Assembly: GCA_017438945.1 (NCBI GenBank)
Contig: JAFRUI010000003.1
Span: 8,664-72,663, forward strand
From: Bacteroidales bacterium
GTDB lineage: Bacteria; Bacteroidota; Bacteroidia; Bacteroidales; WCHB1-69
Direction: 5' to 3'
Length of the DNA stretch: 64,000 bases
A model generated the notes under the pieces. The model worked only from the letters and a program-made list of their open reading frames with translations. It searched no databases and was not told the DNA's origin. The translations under genes were made by a program, and so were the position numbers. Of this stretch, positions 19,754 through 30,165 are shown one piece after another (positions within the stretch are counted from its first letter, which is position 1; each line of letters starts with the position of its first letter).

Positions 19754-20293
19754 ATGACGCTACAAGGGGAAGAAAAACGTTGGTATGCTTTCAAAGTCTT
19801 CTACAACAAGGTTTTTGAAATAGACAAGGATATTCGGGGCGAAGGGGTGGAAACCTATTTCCCGAAGGTCAGGGCCTATAAGTTGCAGGAGGAAAAGCAG
19901 AAAGAGACGATGAAACCTGCCATCTCGTCGCTGATTTTCGTGCATTGCACCGAAGAGCAGGTCTGGGATCTGCAGAAGACCTTTTACGGCAGGGTGATGC
20001 TCTACAGCCACAAGACCGACGGGAATCGCATAGCCTCCCCGGTCGATGAGGAGGAAATGCGGGTGTTCATGCTGGTCACCTCTGTGGAAGATGACCGTCT
20101 GGAATATCTTGACGTGGAAAGCGTCAACTACAAGGAAGGACAGCGTGTGAAGGTGTTGGACGGACCCTACAAGGATTGCGTGGGCTACATCAAACGCGTC
20201 AAAGGGAATCGTCGTCTGTTGGTGGCGGTCGAGGGCCTCGCCCTGGTGGCCACCTCTTATATCCCGTCCATGTTTTTAGAGAAAATTAATTAA
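19754..20293 (+). CDS. upxY: UpxY (NusG/RfaH-family) transcription antiterminator
   Basis: WYA.KV, TYFP, PAISSLIFV (NGN) and GQRVKVLDGPYKDCVG.I.RVKGNRR (KOW); first gene of the CPS locus. Confidence 0.92.
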   Translation: MTLQGEEKRWYAFKVFYNKVFEIDKDIRGEGVETYFPKVRAYKLQEEKQKETMKPAISSLIFVHCTEEQVWDLQKTFYGRVMLYSHKTDGNRIASPVDEEEMRVFMLVTSVEDDRLEYLDVESVNYKEGQRVKVLDGPYKDCVGYIKRVKGNRRLLVAVEGLALVATSYIPSMFLEKIN

Positions 20294-20304
20294 ATTACTC
20301 CTAT

Positions 20305-21138
20305 ATGAAAAATCACAAATTATACCTTTTCGCCTTGGTATGCTTGCTGTTCGCCTCTTGCGCCACAAACAAGAAGATCAGCTATTTCCAGGATGCTATA
20401 AACGCCGACTCAGCGAAAATAGCCCTTCCGTCACCGGAAATCCGATTGAGAACGGAAGACAAGCTGTCTATAGTTGTGAATTGCCGAGATCCAGAGCTCT
20501 CTGCCTTATTCAACTTACCGTACTCGTCTCGTGTTATAGGAGCTCATAGTACTAACAACATCGCAGGAACCACTAATGTGGGTGTTTCATGTTATGCTAT
20601 TGATCCAAATGGAAATATTGATTTTCCAGAATTGGGCACGATTCATATTGCAGGAATGACTCGTACTGAGGTGGCTAGTTATATTAAACAGGAACTTGTA
20701 AATAGGAATCTGGTGACAGATCCCGTGGTGACGGTAGAGTATTCCAATTTGCACTTTTCCGTATTTGGTGAGGTAAGAAATCCCGGACAATTTAATATCG
20801 TTCGAGACAAAGTTACTCTTTTGGATGCTATCAGCACGGCCGGGGATTTAACCATCAACGGTAAACGGACAAATGTGATGGTGTTACGCACAGATTCAAT
20901 AGGAAATGTGCTTACCTATAAGGTAAACATGACCTCGTTGGATTCCGTGATAAACTCACCGGTGTATTATCTTTGCCAGAACGACCAGATTTATGTAGAG
21001 CCCACCAAGAAACGTGCACGCGAATCTACAGCCAACGGCAACGTCTTTGCATCGCCTTCTTTCTGGATCTCTACGGCCTCTGCTATCACCACTCTCATTT
21101 CTACCATATTGCTCATACAGCAAAGATCAAGACAGTAG
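20305..21138 (+). CDS. wza: Polysaccharide export lipoprotein (Wza-like)
   Basis: Lipobox FASC; G.IDFP.LG.I..AG.T, V.GEV.NPG and TLLDAIS.AGDLT. Confidence 0.93.
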   Translation: MKNHKLYLFALVCLLFASCATNKKISYFQDAINADSAKIALPSPEIRLRTEDKLSIVVNCRDPELSALFNLPYSSRVIGAHSTNNIAGTTNVGVSCYAIDPNGNIDFPELGTIHIAGMTRTEVASYIKQELVNRNLVTDPVVTVEYSNLHFSVFGEVRNPGQFNIVRDKVTLLDAISTAGDLTINGKRTNVMVLRTDSIGNVLTYKVNMTSLDSVINSPVYYLCQNDQIYVEPTKKRARESTANGNVFASPSFWISTASAITTLISTILLIQQRSRQ

Positions 21139-21185
21139 CTGTCCTTATCCATTTTCATTGTTAACATATAACCCTTAATAAGAGT

Positions 21186-23678
21186 ATGGAAACTCAAAAT
21201 CAAATAACAGAAGAAAAAACTCAAGAAGTGGTGCTTAAGGACTGGATTTATATGTGCCTTAACCGCTGGTACTGGTTCTTGATTTCAATAGTGATTATGC
21301 TGGCGGGAGCCACCTTCTATATTTTGAAGACGGCTCCGGTGTATCAGCGGACGGCCAAAATTCTGGTAAAGGCGGACAAAAAAGGCGGTTCCGCTATTAA
21401 TGTGTCCGATTTTACTGATGTTGGGATGTTGAGCACAAATGTGAATGTGCAGAACGAGTTGATCACGATCCAGTCTATGGACAACAAGATGGAAACCGTG
21501 AGACGCCTCAACTTGGATGTGAATTACACGACCGACGGATTGTTCCGCCCGACAACGCTTTATGGTGAGACCCTTCCGGCGAAGGTCTCTTTTTTGGACC
21601 TCACCGATGAACAATACGCTTCTTTGGTGATGAAGTTGGATAAAAACCAAGTGATTTTGTCCGATTTCAGATTTATGGGAGAAAGCGTCTCGTCCAATAA
21701 AATTACCCTTAAGATTGGAGATACGGTTGCTACTCCTATAGGTAGAATTGCGGTTAACAAGACTGACTTTTACAAGGTGAAATCTTGGCCGAAAATTAAT
21801 GTCTATCGTTCTACCATGAACGCCTCTTGCCGTGCCTTGTCAGGGAAAATCACAGTCTCCCAGGTAAACAAGGCAGCAGATGTGCTCTCCATCAACGTGG
21901 AAGATGTGATTAAAAAAAGAGCGGATGATATCATCAACATGCTGATTGCGGTTTATAACGGCAATTGGCTGAAGGATAAAAACCAGATTACGTTGAGCAC
22001 CTCCCGGTTCATCAATGACCGTTTGGAGGTGATTGAAGGGGATCTGGGTAACGTGGATGACGATATCTCCTCCTACAAGAGCGCCAATCTCCTCCCTGAC
22101 GTGAATGCGGTCTCTAACATGTATTTGGGACAGAACCGCGAAGTGGCCAAAAACATTGTGGATATCAATAACCGATTGGCTATTACACGTTATATTCGCA
22201 ATTTTCTCGCTTCTGATGCTTCTCACGACCAGTTGTTGCCAGTCAATTCAGGGGTAGACAATATGGGTATCGAGAACCAGATTTCCAAGTATAATGAGAT
22301 GATGATGCGGCGCAATAGTCTGGTAGCGAACAGCAGCAGCCAAAACCCGTTGGTGTTGGATTTGGACGAGAAACTCGCCGCTATGCGGGGGGCTGTGATT
22401 ACTTCATTGGACAACCAGGTGACATCTCTAAACAAACTGATGCAAAGTGCGCTTTCCACCGAAAAGGATGTGAATGCCCACTTGGCTGCGGGCCCTACAC
22501 AAGCCAAATACCTCCTTTCTGTGGAACGCCAGCAGAAGGTCAAGGAGTCGTTGTACCTCTATCTGCTGCAGAAGCGTGAAGAAAACGAACTTTCCCAGGC
22601 CTTTACCGCCTATAACAACCGAGTTATTGAACATCCGAATGGAGGACCACGTCCTATTAAGCCCAAAAAGTCAATGATTTTCCTCGTTACTTTTGTTTTG
22701 GGTCTTCTTATCCCGATAGTCATAATCTTCCTGCGTGAACAGATGAACACTTCTTTGCGCGGCCGTGACGACTTAAAGAATGTGAAGGTGCCGTTCATTG
22801 CAGAAATCCCGCTTACAGGCGAAGCTGCTGCTAAAAATAATACTCGTAAAAATTTGATAATCAGGGGACTTTTGGGAAAGAAGAAGGATGATAAGGAAAC
22901 CAATGCCAAGCTGGCCGAGATCGTGGTCAAGGCAGGATCCAGAAGCACCATCAACGAGGCGTTCCGTGTCATGCGTACGAATGTGGAGTTTATGTGCAAG
23001 GGGGAAGATTGTCATGTGCTGATGTTCACCTCCTTCAACCCGGGAAGTGGTAAGTCGTTCATCACCATGAACTTTGCCATGTCGTTGGCTATCAAGGATA
23101 AACGTATCTTGGTTATCGATGGTGATATGCGCCACTGTTCCATGTCCCAATATGTGAATGGCCCTCGCGTCGGTATGAGTAATTACCTAGCCGAGAAGAT
23201 TGAGGATGTGCGCAGCGTGATGGTGCCGATTAACAGCAGACACCCGAACCTGAAAGTGCTGCCGGTGGGTACAATCCCGCCCAACCCGACAGAGTTGCTG
23301 GCCACAGACCGCTTTGCGGAAATGGTCAAAGATCTGCATAAGGATTTCGATTACATCTTCATCGACTGTCCGCCTATCGACATTGTGGCCGACACCCAGA
23401 TTATCAGTGGTTTGGCGGATTACACAGTCTTTATCGTGCGTGCTGGAAACTTGGAACTCAGCATGTTGCCGGAGTTGGACAAGCTTTACGAGTCGCACAA
23501 GTATAACAACATGTGCTTGGTGCTGAATGGTACGTACTCCCATGAGGGTCGTTATGGTTACAGATATGGCTACCGTTACGGTTACCGTTATGGCTATCGT
23601 TATGGTTACAGCTATGGCAGTTACTACCACGATGAAGATGATAACGGTGCTTCCAATAATACTAACAAAAACGCATAA
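21186..23678 (+). CDS. wzc: Polysaccharide co-polymerase / BY-kinase (Wzc)
   Basis: Two TM segments, EAFR.MRTN, Walker A PGSGKS, IDGDMR, PPNPTELL, IDCPP and a C-terminal Tyr cluster. Confidence 0.95.
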   Translation: METQNQITEEKTQEVVLKDWIYMCLNRWYWFLISIVIMLAGATFYILKTAPVYQRTAKILVKADKKGGSAINVSDFTDVGMLSTNVNVQNELITIQSMDNKMETVRRLNLDVNYTTDGLFRPTTLYGETLPAKVSFLDLTDEQYASLVMKLDKNQVILSDFRFMGESVSSNKITLKIGDTVATPIGRIAVNKTDFYKVKSWPKINVYRSTMNASCRALSGKITVSQVNKAADVLSINVEDVIKKRADDIINMLIAVYNGNWLKDKNQITLSTSRFINDRLEVIEGDLGNVDDDISSYKSANLLPDVNAVSNMYLGQNREVAKNIVDINNRLAITRYIRNFLASDASHDQLLPVNSGVDNMGIENQISKYNEMMMRRNSLVANSSSQNPLVLDLDEKLAAMRGAVITSLDNQVTSLNKLMQSALSTEKDVNAHLAAGPTQAKYLLSVERQQKVKESLYLYLLQKREENELSQAFTAYNNRVIEHPNGGPRPIKPKKSMIFLVTFVLGLLIPIVIIFLREQMNTSLRGRDDLKNVKVPFIAEIPLTGEAAAKNNTRKNLIIRGLLGKKKDDKETNAKLAEIVVKAGSRSTINEAFRVMRTNVEFMCKGEDCHVLMFTSFNPGSGKSFITMNFAMSLAIKDKRILVIDGDMRHCSMSQYVNGPRVGMSNYLAEKIEDVRSVMVPINSRHPNLKVLPVGTIPPNPTELLATDRFAEMVKDLHKDFDYIFIDCPPIDIVADTQIISGLADYTVFIVRAGNLELSMLPELDKLYESHKYNNMCLVLNGTYSHEGRYGYRYGYRYGYRYGYRYGYSYGSYYHDEDDNGASNNTNKNA

Positions 23679-23680
23679 TC

Positions 23681-24373
23681 ATGTGGTTCGGGAAAAAACA
23701 ACTTGCTGATGTATGGGTTGGCGCCACGGACTGCCATTCCCATATCCTTCCGGGCGTAGACGACGGGGTCTCTGAAATGGAGACCTCGTTGAATATATTG
23801 GCAGCCTATGAGAAACTACAAATCAAAGAGGTTTGGTGTACCCCTCACATTATGGAGGATATTCCGAACACGACAGAAGGATTAAAGGCGCGGTTTGCCG
23901 AACTGAAGGCGGCATATCATGGTCCGGTGCAGTTGAATCTGGCTGCCGAGTATATGATGGACGGCCTCTTCTTGGATCGGCTGGAGAAAGAAGACCTTCT
24001 TACACACGGACACGAGGGCAATGCTTTGTTGGTGGAGACCTCCTATTACACTCCTCCAATGGATTTGCATGATATTCTGGACGCTATCACACGAAAAGGC
24101 TATTACCCCATTCTGGCGCACCCGGAGCGTTATTTGTATATGAAAATAAGCGACTACGCGCCCTTGAAGAAGAAGGGGCTGCGATTCCAGCTTAATGTCG
24201 CCTCCCTTTCTGGCGCCTATGGCGGCGATGCGGTGAAAAAAGCACACTATCTGTTAAAAGAGGGAGCTTATAACTACATCGGGAGCGACATTCACCGTTT
24301 CCGCCAACTGCAAATCTGGGATTTTAAAGTCAAAAAATCTTTGCTGCAGAAAGTTTTTGAAATAGACTCTTAG
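23681..24373 (+). CDS. CpsB/CapC-type PHP tyrosine phosphatase
   Basis: DCHSHILPGVDDG, TPH, AAEY, LAHPERY and GSDIH. Confidence 0.92.
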   Translation: MWFGKKQLADVWVGATDCHSHILPGVDDGVSEMETSLNILAAYEKLQIKEVWCTPHIMEDIPNTTEGLKARFAELKAAYHGPVQLNLAAEYMMDGLFLDRLEKEDLLTHGHEGNALLVETSYYTPPMDLHDILDAITRKGYYPILAHPERYLYMKISDYAPLKKKGLRFQLNVASLSGAYGGDAVKKAHYLLKEGAYNYIGSDIHRFRQLQIWDFKVKKSLLQKVFEIDS

Positions 24374-24429
24374 CTTTTGGCATATTTATCATTCATTATT
24401 TATCATCCATCATTTATACATTATAATTC

Positions 24430-25359
24430 ATGAAAGGTATCGTTCTCGCCGGGGGCTCCGGCACCAGATTATACCCCATTACCAAAGGGGTCAGCAAACA
24501 ACTTTTACCCATCTATGACAAGCCCATGGTCTATTATCCCATTTCTGCGCTGATGTTAGCAGGAATTCGGGATATACTGATTATATCAACTCCGTACGAT
24601 TTGCCGGGATTCCAGCGACTTTTGGGTGACGGCTCAGATTATGGCGTGCATTTCGAATACGCCGAACAACCGTCTCCTGACGGTCTTGCGCAGGCGTTCA
24701 TAATAGGAGAGAAGTTCATCGGCGACGACAGCGCCTGTCTTGTCCTTGGCGACAACATCTTCTACGGTAGCGGCTTCACCAAACTGCTGAAAAAGGCGGT
24801 GGAGGATGCCGAAGTGAACCATAAGGCTACCGTTTTCGGCTATTGGGTCAGCGATCCGGAACGCTATGGGGTGGCCGAGTTTGACAAGGAGGGCAACTGC
24901 ATCAGCATCGAGGAGAAACCCAAGGAACCCAAAAGCAACTATGCGGTGGTGGGATTGTACTTCTATCCCAACAAAGTGGTGGATGTGGCCAAAACCATAA
25001 AACCCTCCGCCCGCGGCGAGTTGGAAATCACCACCGTGAACCAGGAATTCCTGAAAGACAGCGAGCTGAAGGTGCGCGTTTTCGGACGTGGCTTCGCATG
25101 GCTGGACACCGGTACCCACGACTCGCTCTCCGAGGCCTCCACGTTCGTGGAGGTCATAGAGAAACGACAAGGACTGAAGATCGCCTGTCTTGAAGGCATT
25201 GCCTACCGCAACGGCTGGATCACGGAAGAGCGTATGCGCGAAATTGCCCAACCCATGCTCAAAAATCAGTATGGACAATACCTGCTTCATGTCATCGACG
25301 AACTAAAAGAAGACATCACCTCCGACACCTTTAGGAAGGATTCAATTCATAATTCATAA
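24430..25359 (+). CDS. rfbA: Glucose-1-phosphate thymidylyltransferase
   Basis: [27 protein letters not shown] and WLDTGT. Confidence 0.97.
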   Translation: MKGIVLAGGSGTRLYPITKGVSKQLLPIYDKPMVYYPISALMLAGIRDILIISTPYDLPGFQRLLGDGSDYGVHFEYAEQPSPDGLAQAFIIGEKFIGDDSACLVLGDNIFYGSGFTKLLKKAVEDAEVNHKATVFGYWVSDPERYGVAEFDKEGNCISIEEKPKEPKSNYAVVGLYFYPNKVVDVAKTIKPSARGELEITTVNQEFLKDSELKVRVFGRGFAWLDTGTHDSLSEASTFVEVIEKRQGLKIACLEGIAYRNGWITEERMREIAQPMLKNQYGQYLLHVIDELKEDITSDTFRKDSIHNS

Positions 25360-25391
25360 TTCATCTTTCATAAATCATTATTCATAATTAA

Positions 25392-26528
25392 ATGAACCGT
25401 ACGATTCTCATCACCGGCGGCGCCGGGTTCATCGGCAGCCACGTTGTTCGCCTTTTCGTGAACAAATATCCCGAATATAAAATCATAAACCTCGACAAGT
25501 TGACCTATGCGGGAAACCTCGCCAACTTGAAAGACGTAGAGGGAAAACCGAACTATAAGTTCATCAAGATGGACATCTGCGACTTCGAAGGTGTCTATAA
25601 GCTGATGCAGGACGAACACGTCGAGGGCATCATCCACTTGGCCGCCGAAAGTCACGTGGACCGCTCTATCAAAGACCCCTTCACCTTCGCTCAGACGAAT
25701 GTGATGGGGACGCTGTCGTTGTTGCAGGCCGCGAAACTATATTGGGAATCGTTGCCCGAAAAATATGACGGCAAACGTTTTTACCATATCTCCACCGACG
25801 AGGTTTATGGAGCTCTTGAACTGACTCATCCTCAGGGCATTGAACCTCCCTTCAGCACGAAGGCCAGCAGCGGCAAGCACCATCTGGCATACGGTGACAA
25901 GTTCTTCACCGAGGACCTGAAATATCTGCCGCACAGTCCCTACAGTGCGGCGAAGGCAGCCAGCGATCACTTTGTGAGAGCCTTCCATGATACTTACGGG
26001 TTGCCAACAGTTGTGACCAACTGTTCCAACAATTATGGTCCGTATCAGTTCCCGGAGAAGCTGATCCCGTTGTTTATCAATAATATCCGTCACAGAAAAC
26101 TGCTGCCCGTGTATGGGAAGGGAGAAAACGTGCGCGACTGGCTCTATGTGGAAGACCACGCCAGAGCCATTGACCTGATTTTCCACGAGGGCAAGGTGGC
26201 GGAGACCTACAATATCGGAGGATTCAATGAGTGGAAGAACATCGACCTCATCAAGGTGCTCATTAACACAGTAGATCGCCTGTTGGGTAGAGCGGAGGGC
26301 GAAGACATGAACCTCATCACTTACGTTACAGACCGTGCTGGTCACGATATGCGCTACGCCATCGACAGCACGAAACTCCAGAAGGAGTTGGGCTGGGAGC
26401 CATCTTTGCAGTTCGAAGAGGGCATCGAGAAAACCGTCCGTTGGTATTTGGATAATCAGGAGTGGATGGACAATGTTACGAGCGGGGACTACCAGAAGTA
26501 TTACGAGGAGATGTATAAAGGAAGGTGA
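25392..26528 (+). CDS. rfbB: dTDP-glucose 4,6-dehydratase
   Basis: GGAGFIG, DKLTYAGN, AAESHVDRSI, STDEVYG, YSAAK and PEKLIP. Confidence 0.96.
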   Translation: MNRTILITGGAGFIGSHVVRLFVNKYPEYKIINLDKLTYAGNLANLKDVEGKPNYKFIKMDICDFEGVYKLMQDEHVEGIIHLAAESHVDRSIKDPFTFAQTNVMGTLSLLQAAKLYWESLPEKYDGKRFYHISTDEVYGALELTHPQGIEPPFSTKASSGKHHLAYGDKFFTEDLKYLPHSPYSAAKAASDHFVRAFHDTYGLPTVVTNCSNNYGPYQFPEKLIPLFINNIRHRKLLPVYGKGENVRDWLYVEDHARAIDLIFHEGKVAETYNIGGFNEWKNIDLIKVLINTVDRLLGRAEGEDMNLITYVTDRAGHDMRYAIDSTKLQKELGWEPSLQFEEGIEKTVRWYLDNQEWMDNVTSGDYQKYYEEMYKGR

Positions 26529-26613
26529 GTTGATGCAGAAAATTGCCTTTCTTAAGGATTTTGCGGAATATAAGTAGCAGAATAACAAGTAAATATTGAT
26601 TAAACAACATATT

Positions 26614-27915
26614 ATGAAGATTTCAGTTGCAGGAACCGGCTATGTCGGCATGAGCATCGCCACATTGCTCGCACAGCATAATGACGTCACTGCCGTGGAC
26701 GTGGTGCCCGAGCGCGTTGAGATGGTGAGCCATAAAAAGTCGCCCATCCAAGACGACTATATCGAAGAATACCTAGCCACCAAGCCTCTCAGTCTCAAAG
26801 CCACCCTTGACCAGGAGGCCGGCTATAAGGACGCCGAGTTTGTGGTCATCGCCGCCCCCACCAACTACGACACTCAGAAGAACTTCTTCGACACCAGTGC
26901 TGTGGAAGCCGTCATTGACGCCGTGCTCAAGGTCAACCCCGATGCCGTTATGGTTATCAAGAGCACCATCCCCGTCGGTTACACCCGCAACCTTTACGTC
27001 AAATACCAGAAGAAAGGGGTGAAAAAATTCAACCTCCTTTTCTCTCCCGAGTTCCTGAGGGAGAGCAAGGCCCTCTACGACAACCTCTATCCCAGCCGCA
27101 TCATCGTAGGCATCCCTAAGATCATGGGAGAAGAGTTCCGGGAGGAGAACGAGGCCATCCAAGCCTTGACCGACTTGGAGTGGATCACCGAGAGAGCGCA
27201 CGTTTTTGCTGGACTGCTCAAGGACGCCGCCATCAAGCAGGATGTGCCGGTCCTCTTTATAGGCATGAAAGAGGCAGAGGCCGTAAAGCTCTTTGCCAAC
27301 ACCTATCTGGCCTTGCGTGTGAGTTACTTCAACGAGTTGGATACCTACGCCGAGGTCAAGGGGTTGGACACCCAGGCCATTATTGACGGCATTGGTCTCG
27401 ATCCCCGTATCGGCACGCATTACAACAATCCGTCGTTTGGCTACGGCGGCTACTGTCTGCCGAAGGACACCAAACAACTGTTGGCCAATTATGAGGACGT
27501 GCCGCAGAATATGATGTCGGCCATTGTGGAGAGCAACCGAACCCGCAAGGATTTTATTGCTGACCAAGTGTTGAAAATGGCAGGCTATTATGCCTATACG
27601 GAAAACAACATCTATGGAACTGAGCAAAAGGCTCCTGTGATTGGCGTGTACCGGCTCACTATGAAGTCTAACTCCGACAATTTTCGCCAGAGCGCCATAC
27701 AAGGCGTGATGAAGCGGATCAAAGCCAAAGGCGCGCAGGTCATCATCTATGAACCGACGTTGGAAAACGGCGGCACTTTCTTTGGCTCGCTCGTGGTCAA
27801 CGACCTCGATCAGTTCAAAGCCCAGTCGCAGGCCATTATAGCCAACCGCTATGACAGCTGCTTGGACGATGTGAAGGAGAAGGTTTACACGAGGGATATT
27901 TTCAAAAGGGATTAA
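26614..27915 (+). CDS. ugd: UDP-glucose 6-dehydrogenase
   Basis: [29 protein letters not shown] and DNFR; ATG 26614. Confidence 0.95.
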   Translation: MKISVAGTGYVGMSIATLLAQHNDVTAVDVVPERVEMVSHKKSPIQDDYIEEYLATKPLSLKATLDQEAGYKDAEFVVIAAPTNYDTQKNFFDTSAVEAVIDAVLKVNPDAVMVIKSTIPVGYTRNLYVKYQKKGVKKFNLLFSPEFLRESKALYDNLYPSRIIVGIPKIMGEEFREENEAIQALTDLEWITERAHVFAGLLKDAAIKQDVPVLFIGMKEAEAVKLFANTYLALRVSYFNELDTYAEVKGLDTQAIIDGIGLDPRIGTHYNNPSFGYGGYCLPKDTKQLLANYEDVPQNMMSAIVESNRTRKDFIADQVLKMAGYYAYTENNIYGTEQKAPVIGVYRLTMKSNSDNFRQSAIQGVMKRIKAKGAQVIIYEPTLENGGTFFGSLVVNDLDQFKAQSQAIIANRYDSCLDDVKEKVYTRDIFKRD

Positions 27916-28106
27916 GTGACAGGGCTTGTGGGACGGGCTTTGTTGGGCGCCTTGGTTTCATAAAGAATCGACAAGGTATGCTGTGTTATTGTATTTTTTT
28001 TGATAATGTTGGTGGTTTTATCAGTGCCACAGTGTTATAACACGTTATCCATGGATTGAATTGTTGTTCAATGTTCTACAATCCACTATATCTATAAAAA
28101 GTTGTT

Positions 28107-29306
28107 ATGAAAATCTTTCTATTAACTCCTATATACGCTACTACAACTTCAATGCAGGGGTCAACCCCAGTGGTACATTATTTTGCACGTGAATGGGTGA
28201 AAATGGGTCATGAAGTAACAGTTTTTCACTTTGTTGCCACATTTCCTAGGATTATGTATTGGGTGGGCCGTCATTTTCAACATCAACTGAATACCAGGTT
28301 GGGAATGATGGTTCCTACGCAGTGTCCTCAAGACGAGGACTATTTTACCGATGGCGTATCTGTACATAAACGTTGTTTAAAAAAAATGCTTCCTCATTCT
28401 AGATATTCCAATAGCCAACTAAAACGAGCATTAAACATCATTAAAAAGGAGTGTTCCCGATTAGGCGTGCCTGATTGGTTTATTGGTCATTGGGATAATC
28501 CTCAATTAGAATTGTTGAGTGCTTTAAAAAAGAGTTATGGAAAATCCACATGCCTTGTCTTGCATGAAAATGTGTTTGATTTTGAAAAAAAATATGGTGG
28601 CGAGGGTGTGAAGATGTTGTTTGAGTTGGATGCTGTCGGATTTCGTAGTCTTACAGGAAAGCGTAATTTTGAAAAACAATATGGGAGGCCGAAATCTTCT
28701 TTTATTGCTTCTTCTGGGGTTTCAGAGTTTTTTTTAAAATCGGGTGAAGAAAACGAAAGATTAGTGCAACAGCCCGTTCGTAATTATGTGTTTGTGGGGT
28801 CTTTGATAGCTAGAAAGTATCCTTTGTCTGTGTTGAAAGCATTGTCACAAGCGTATCCAGAAGGTGATTTCTCATTGACATTTATTGGTGATGGCGCTGA
28901 AAAGAATAATATAGAAGAAGAACATCAAAGATTAGGCAAAAAAGGAGAACTATATTTTACGGGTAGGATACCTCGCGAGCGAATTGTACAGTATTTAAGG
29001 CAGGCTGATGTGCTTGTGATGATTTCCAGAGCGGAAATCTTTGGCTTGGTCTATCTTGAAGCAATGGCATTAGGAGTGATTCCCGTTGGCTCACGAAATG
29101 AAGGTGTTGATGGAGTAATAGTTGATGGAAAAAATGGATTCCTGTGCAAGGCGGGGGATGTAAGTGAATTGACTAGCATTTTGAGGAACATAAAGCAGAT
29201 GCCGTCAGAACAACTTGTTGAGATATCACGTGGAGCTAAAGAAACGGCTTTTGAATATTCAGACTCTGAGGTGGCAAAAAGATACCTTGAAGCTTTAAAA
29301 AAGTAA
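28107..29306 (+). CDS. GT4-family glycosyltransferase
   Basis: FVGSL..RK, EIFGLVYLEAMALG (EX7E) and NGFL. Confidence 0.9.
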   Translation: MKIFLLTPIYATTTSMQGSTPVVHYFAREWVKMGHEVTVFHFVATFPRIMYWVGRHFQHQLNTRLGMMVPTQCPQDEDYFTDGVSVHKRCLKKMLPHSRYSNSQLKRALNIIKKECSRLGVPDWFIGHWDNPQLELLSALKKSYGKSTCLVLHENVFDFEKKYGGEGVKMLFELDAVGFRSLTGKRNFEKQYGRPKSSFIASSGVSEFFLKSGEENERLVQQPVRNYVFVGSLIARKYPLSVLKALSQAYPEGDFSLTFIGDGAEKNNIEEEHQRLGKKGELYFTGRIPRERIVQYLRQADVLVMISRAEIFGLVYLEAMALGVIPVGSRNEGVDGVIVDGKNGFLCKAGDVSELTSILRNIKQMPSEQLVEISRGAKETAFEYSDSEVAKRYLEALKK

Positions 29307-29323
29307 GCAAAAAATGTGACGTT

Positions 29324-29950
29324 ATGCAACTCTCTTATATTTATGCCAAGATAATAAATAGGCTTCATGGCAAAGCTGTAGTTGGTAGTAAGATTCATAA
29401 ATCATCTGTAATTAACTATGGATGTAATATTGTTGATGTGAGAATGGGTCGTTATAGTTATTGTGGAAACAATTGTCAGATAGCGTCATGCAATATTGGT
29501 TCTTTCTGTTCTATAAGCGACCATGTTTTTATAGGCGGGGCAGAACATCCGATTAATTGGGTTAGTACTTCTCCCGTATTTCAAAATGTCAGTCATAGCG
29601 GTCCATCAATGCGTTTCTTCAAGCATGAATTGCCTAAGCCAAAGAGAACAATAATCGGAAGTGATGTTTGGATAGGCCACGGTGTTACTATCAAGCAAGG
29701 CGTTACAATTGGACATGGTGCGGTGATTGGTAGCAATGCTTTGGTTACGAAAGATGTTCCACCATATGCGATAGTGGGTGGAGTGCCGGCAAAAGTTATT
29801 AAATATCGTTTTCCGGAAGAAATAATAGAAAAACTTCTCGCCACAAAATGGTGGGAATTGCCAGACGAATCTTTGTCGAAATGTGCTATGTATATCAATG
29901 ACTGTCAAAAGTTTGTGGATGTGGTTGGAGGGGGGCAACCGTTTGTGTAA
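29324..29950 (+). CDS. Hexapeptide (CatB/Vat-like) O-acetyltransferase
   Basis: IGSFCSI, IGSDVWIG and VTKDVPPYAIVGGVPAK left-handed beta-helix motifs. Confidence 0.88.
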   Translation: MQLSYIYAKIINRLHGKAVVGSKIHKSSVINYGCNIVDVRMGRYSYCGNNCQIASCNIGSFCSISDHVFIGGAEHPINWVSTSPVFQNVSHSGPSMRFFKHELPKPKRTIIGSDVWIGHGVTIKQGVTIGHGAVIGSNALVTKDVPPYAIVGGVPAKVIKYRFPEEIIEKLLATKWWELPDESLSKCAMYINDCQKFVDVVGGGQPFV

Positions 29951-30165
29951 TAGTATTAATTGTAGCATGTCGGTTGCTTATATACTGTCTGATTATCAAT
30001 TGATAGGTTTAACCTGGAATTGAAAAAAAGTTTTTTGCCTAAAATATTAGAACCCAATCGTTTTTGCGATAGAGTACTGAATAGACACAGACTAATTTGT
30101 TGTGAAGGACTTTTTAGATATTAATAAAATTTAGAATATTTTAATTTATTTTGTCTGTTAAACGA

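Noticed and set aside
29324-29950. Chloramphenicol or streptogramin resistance gene (CatB/Vat similarity)
   Set aside because: It lies between glycosyltransferases in a CPS operon, so a sugar O-acetyltransferase is the simpler reading.
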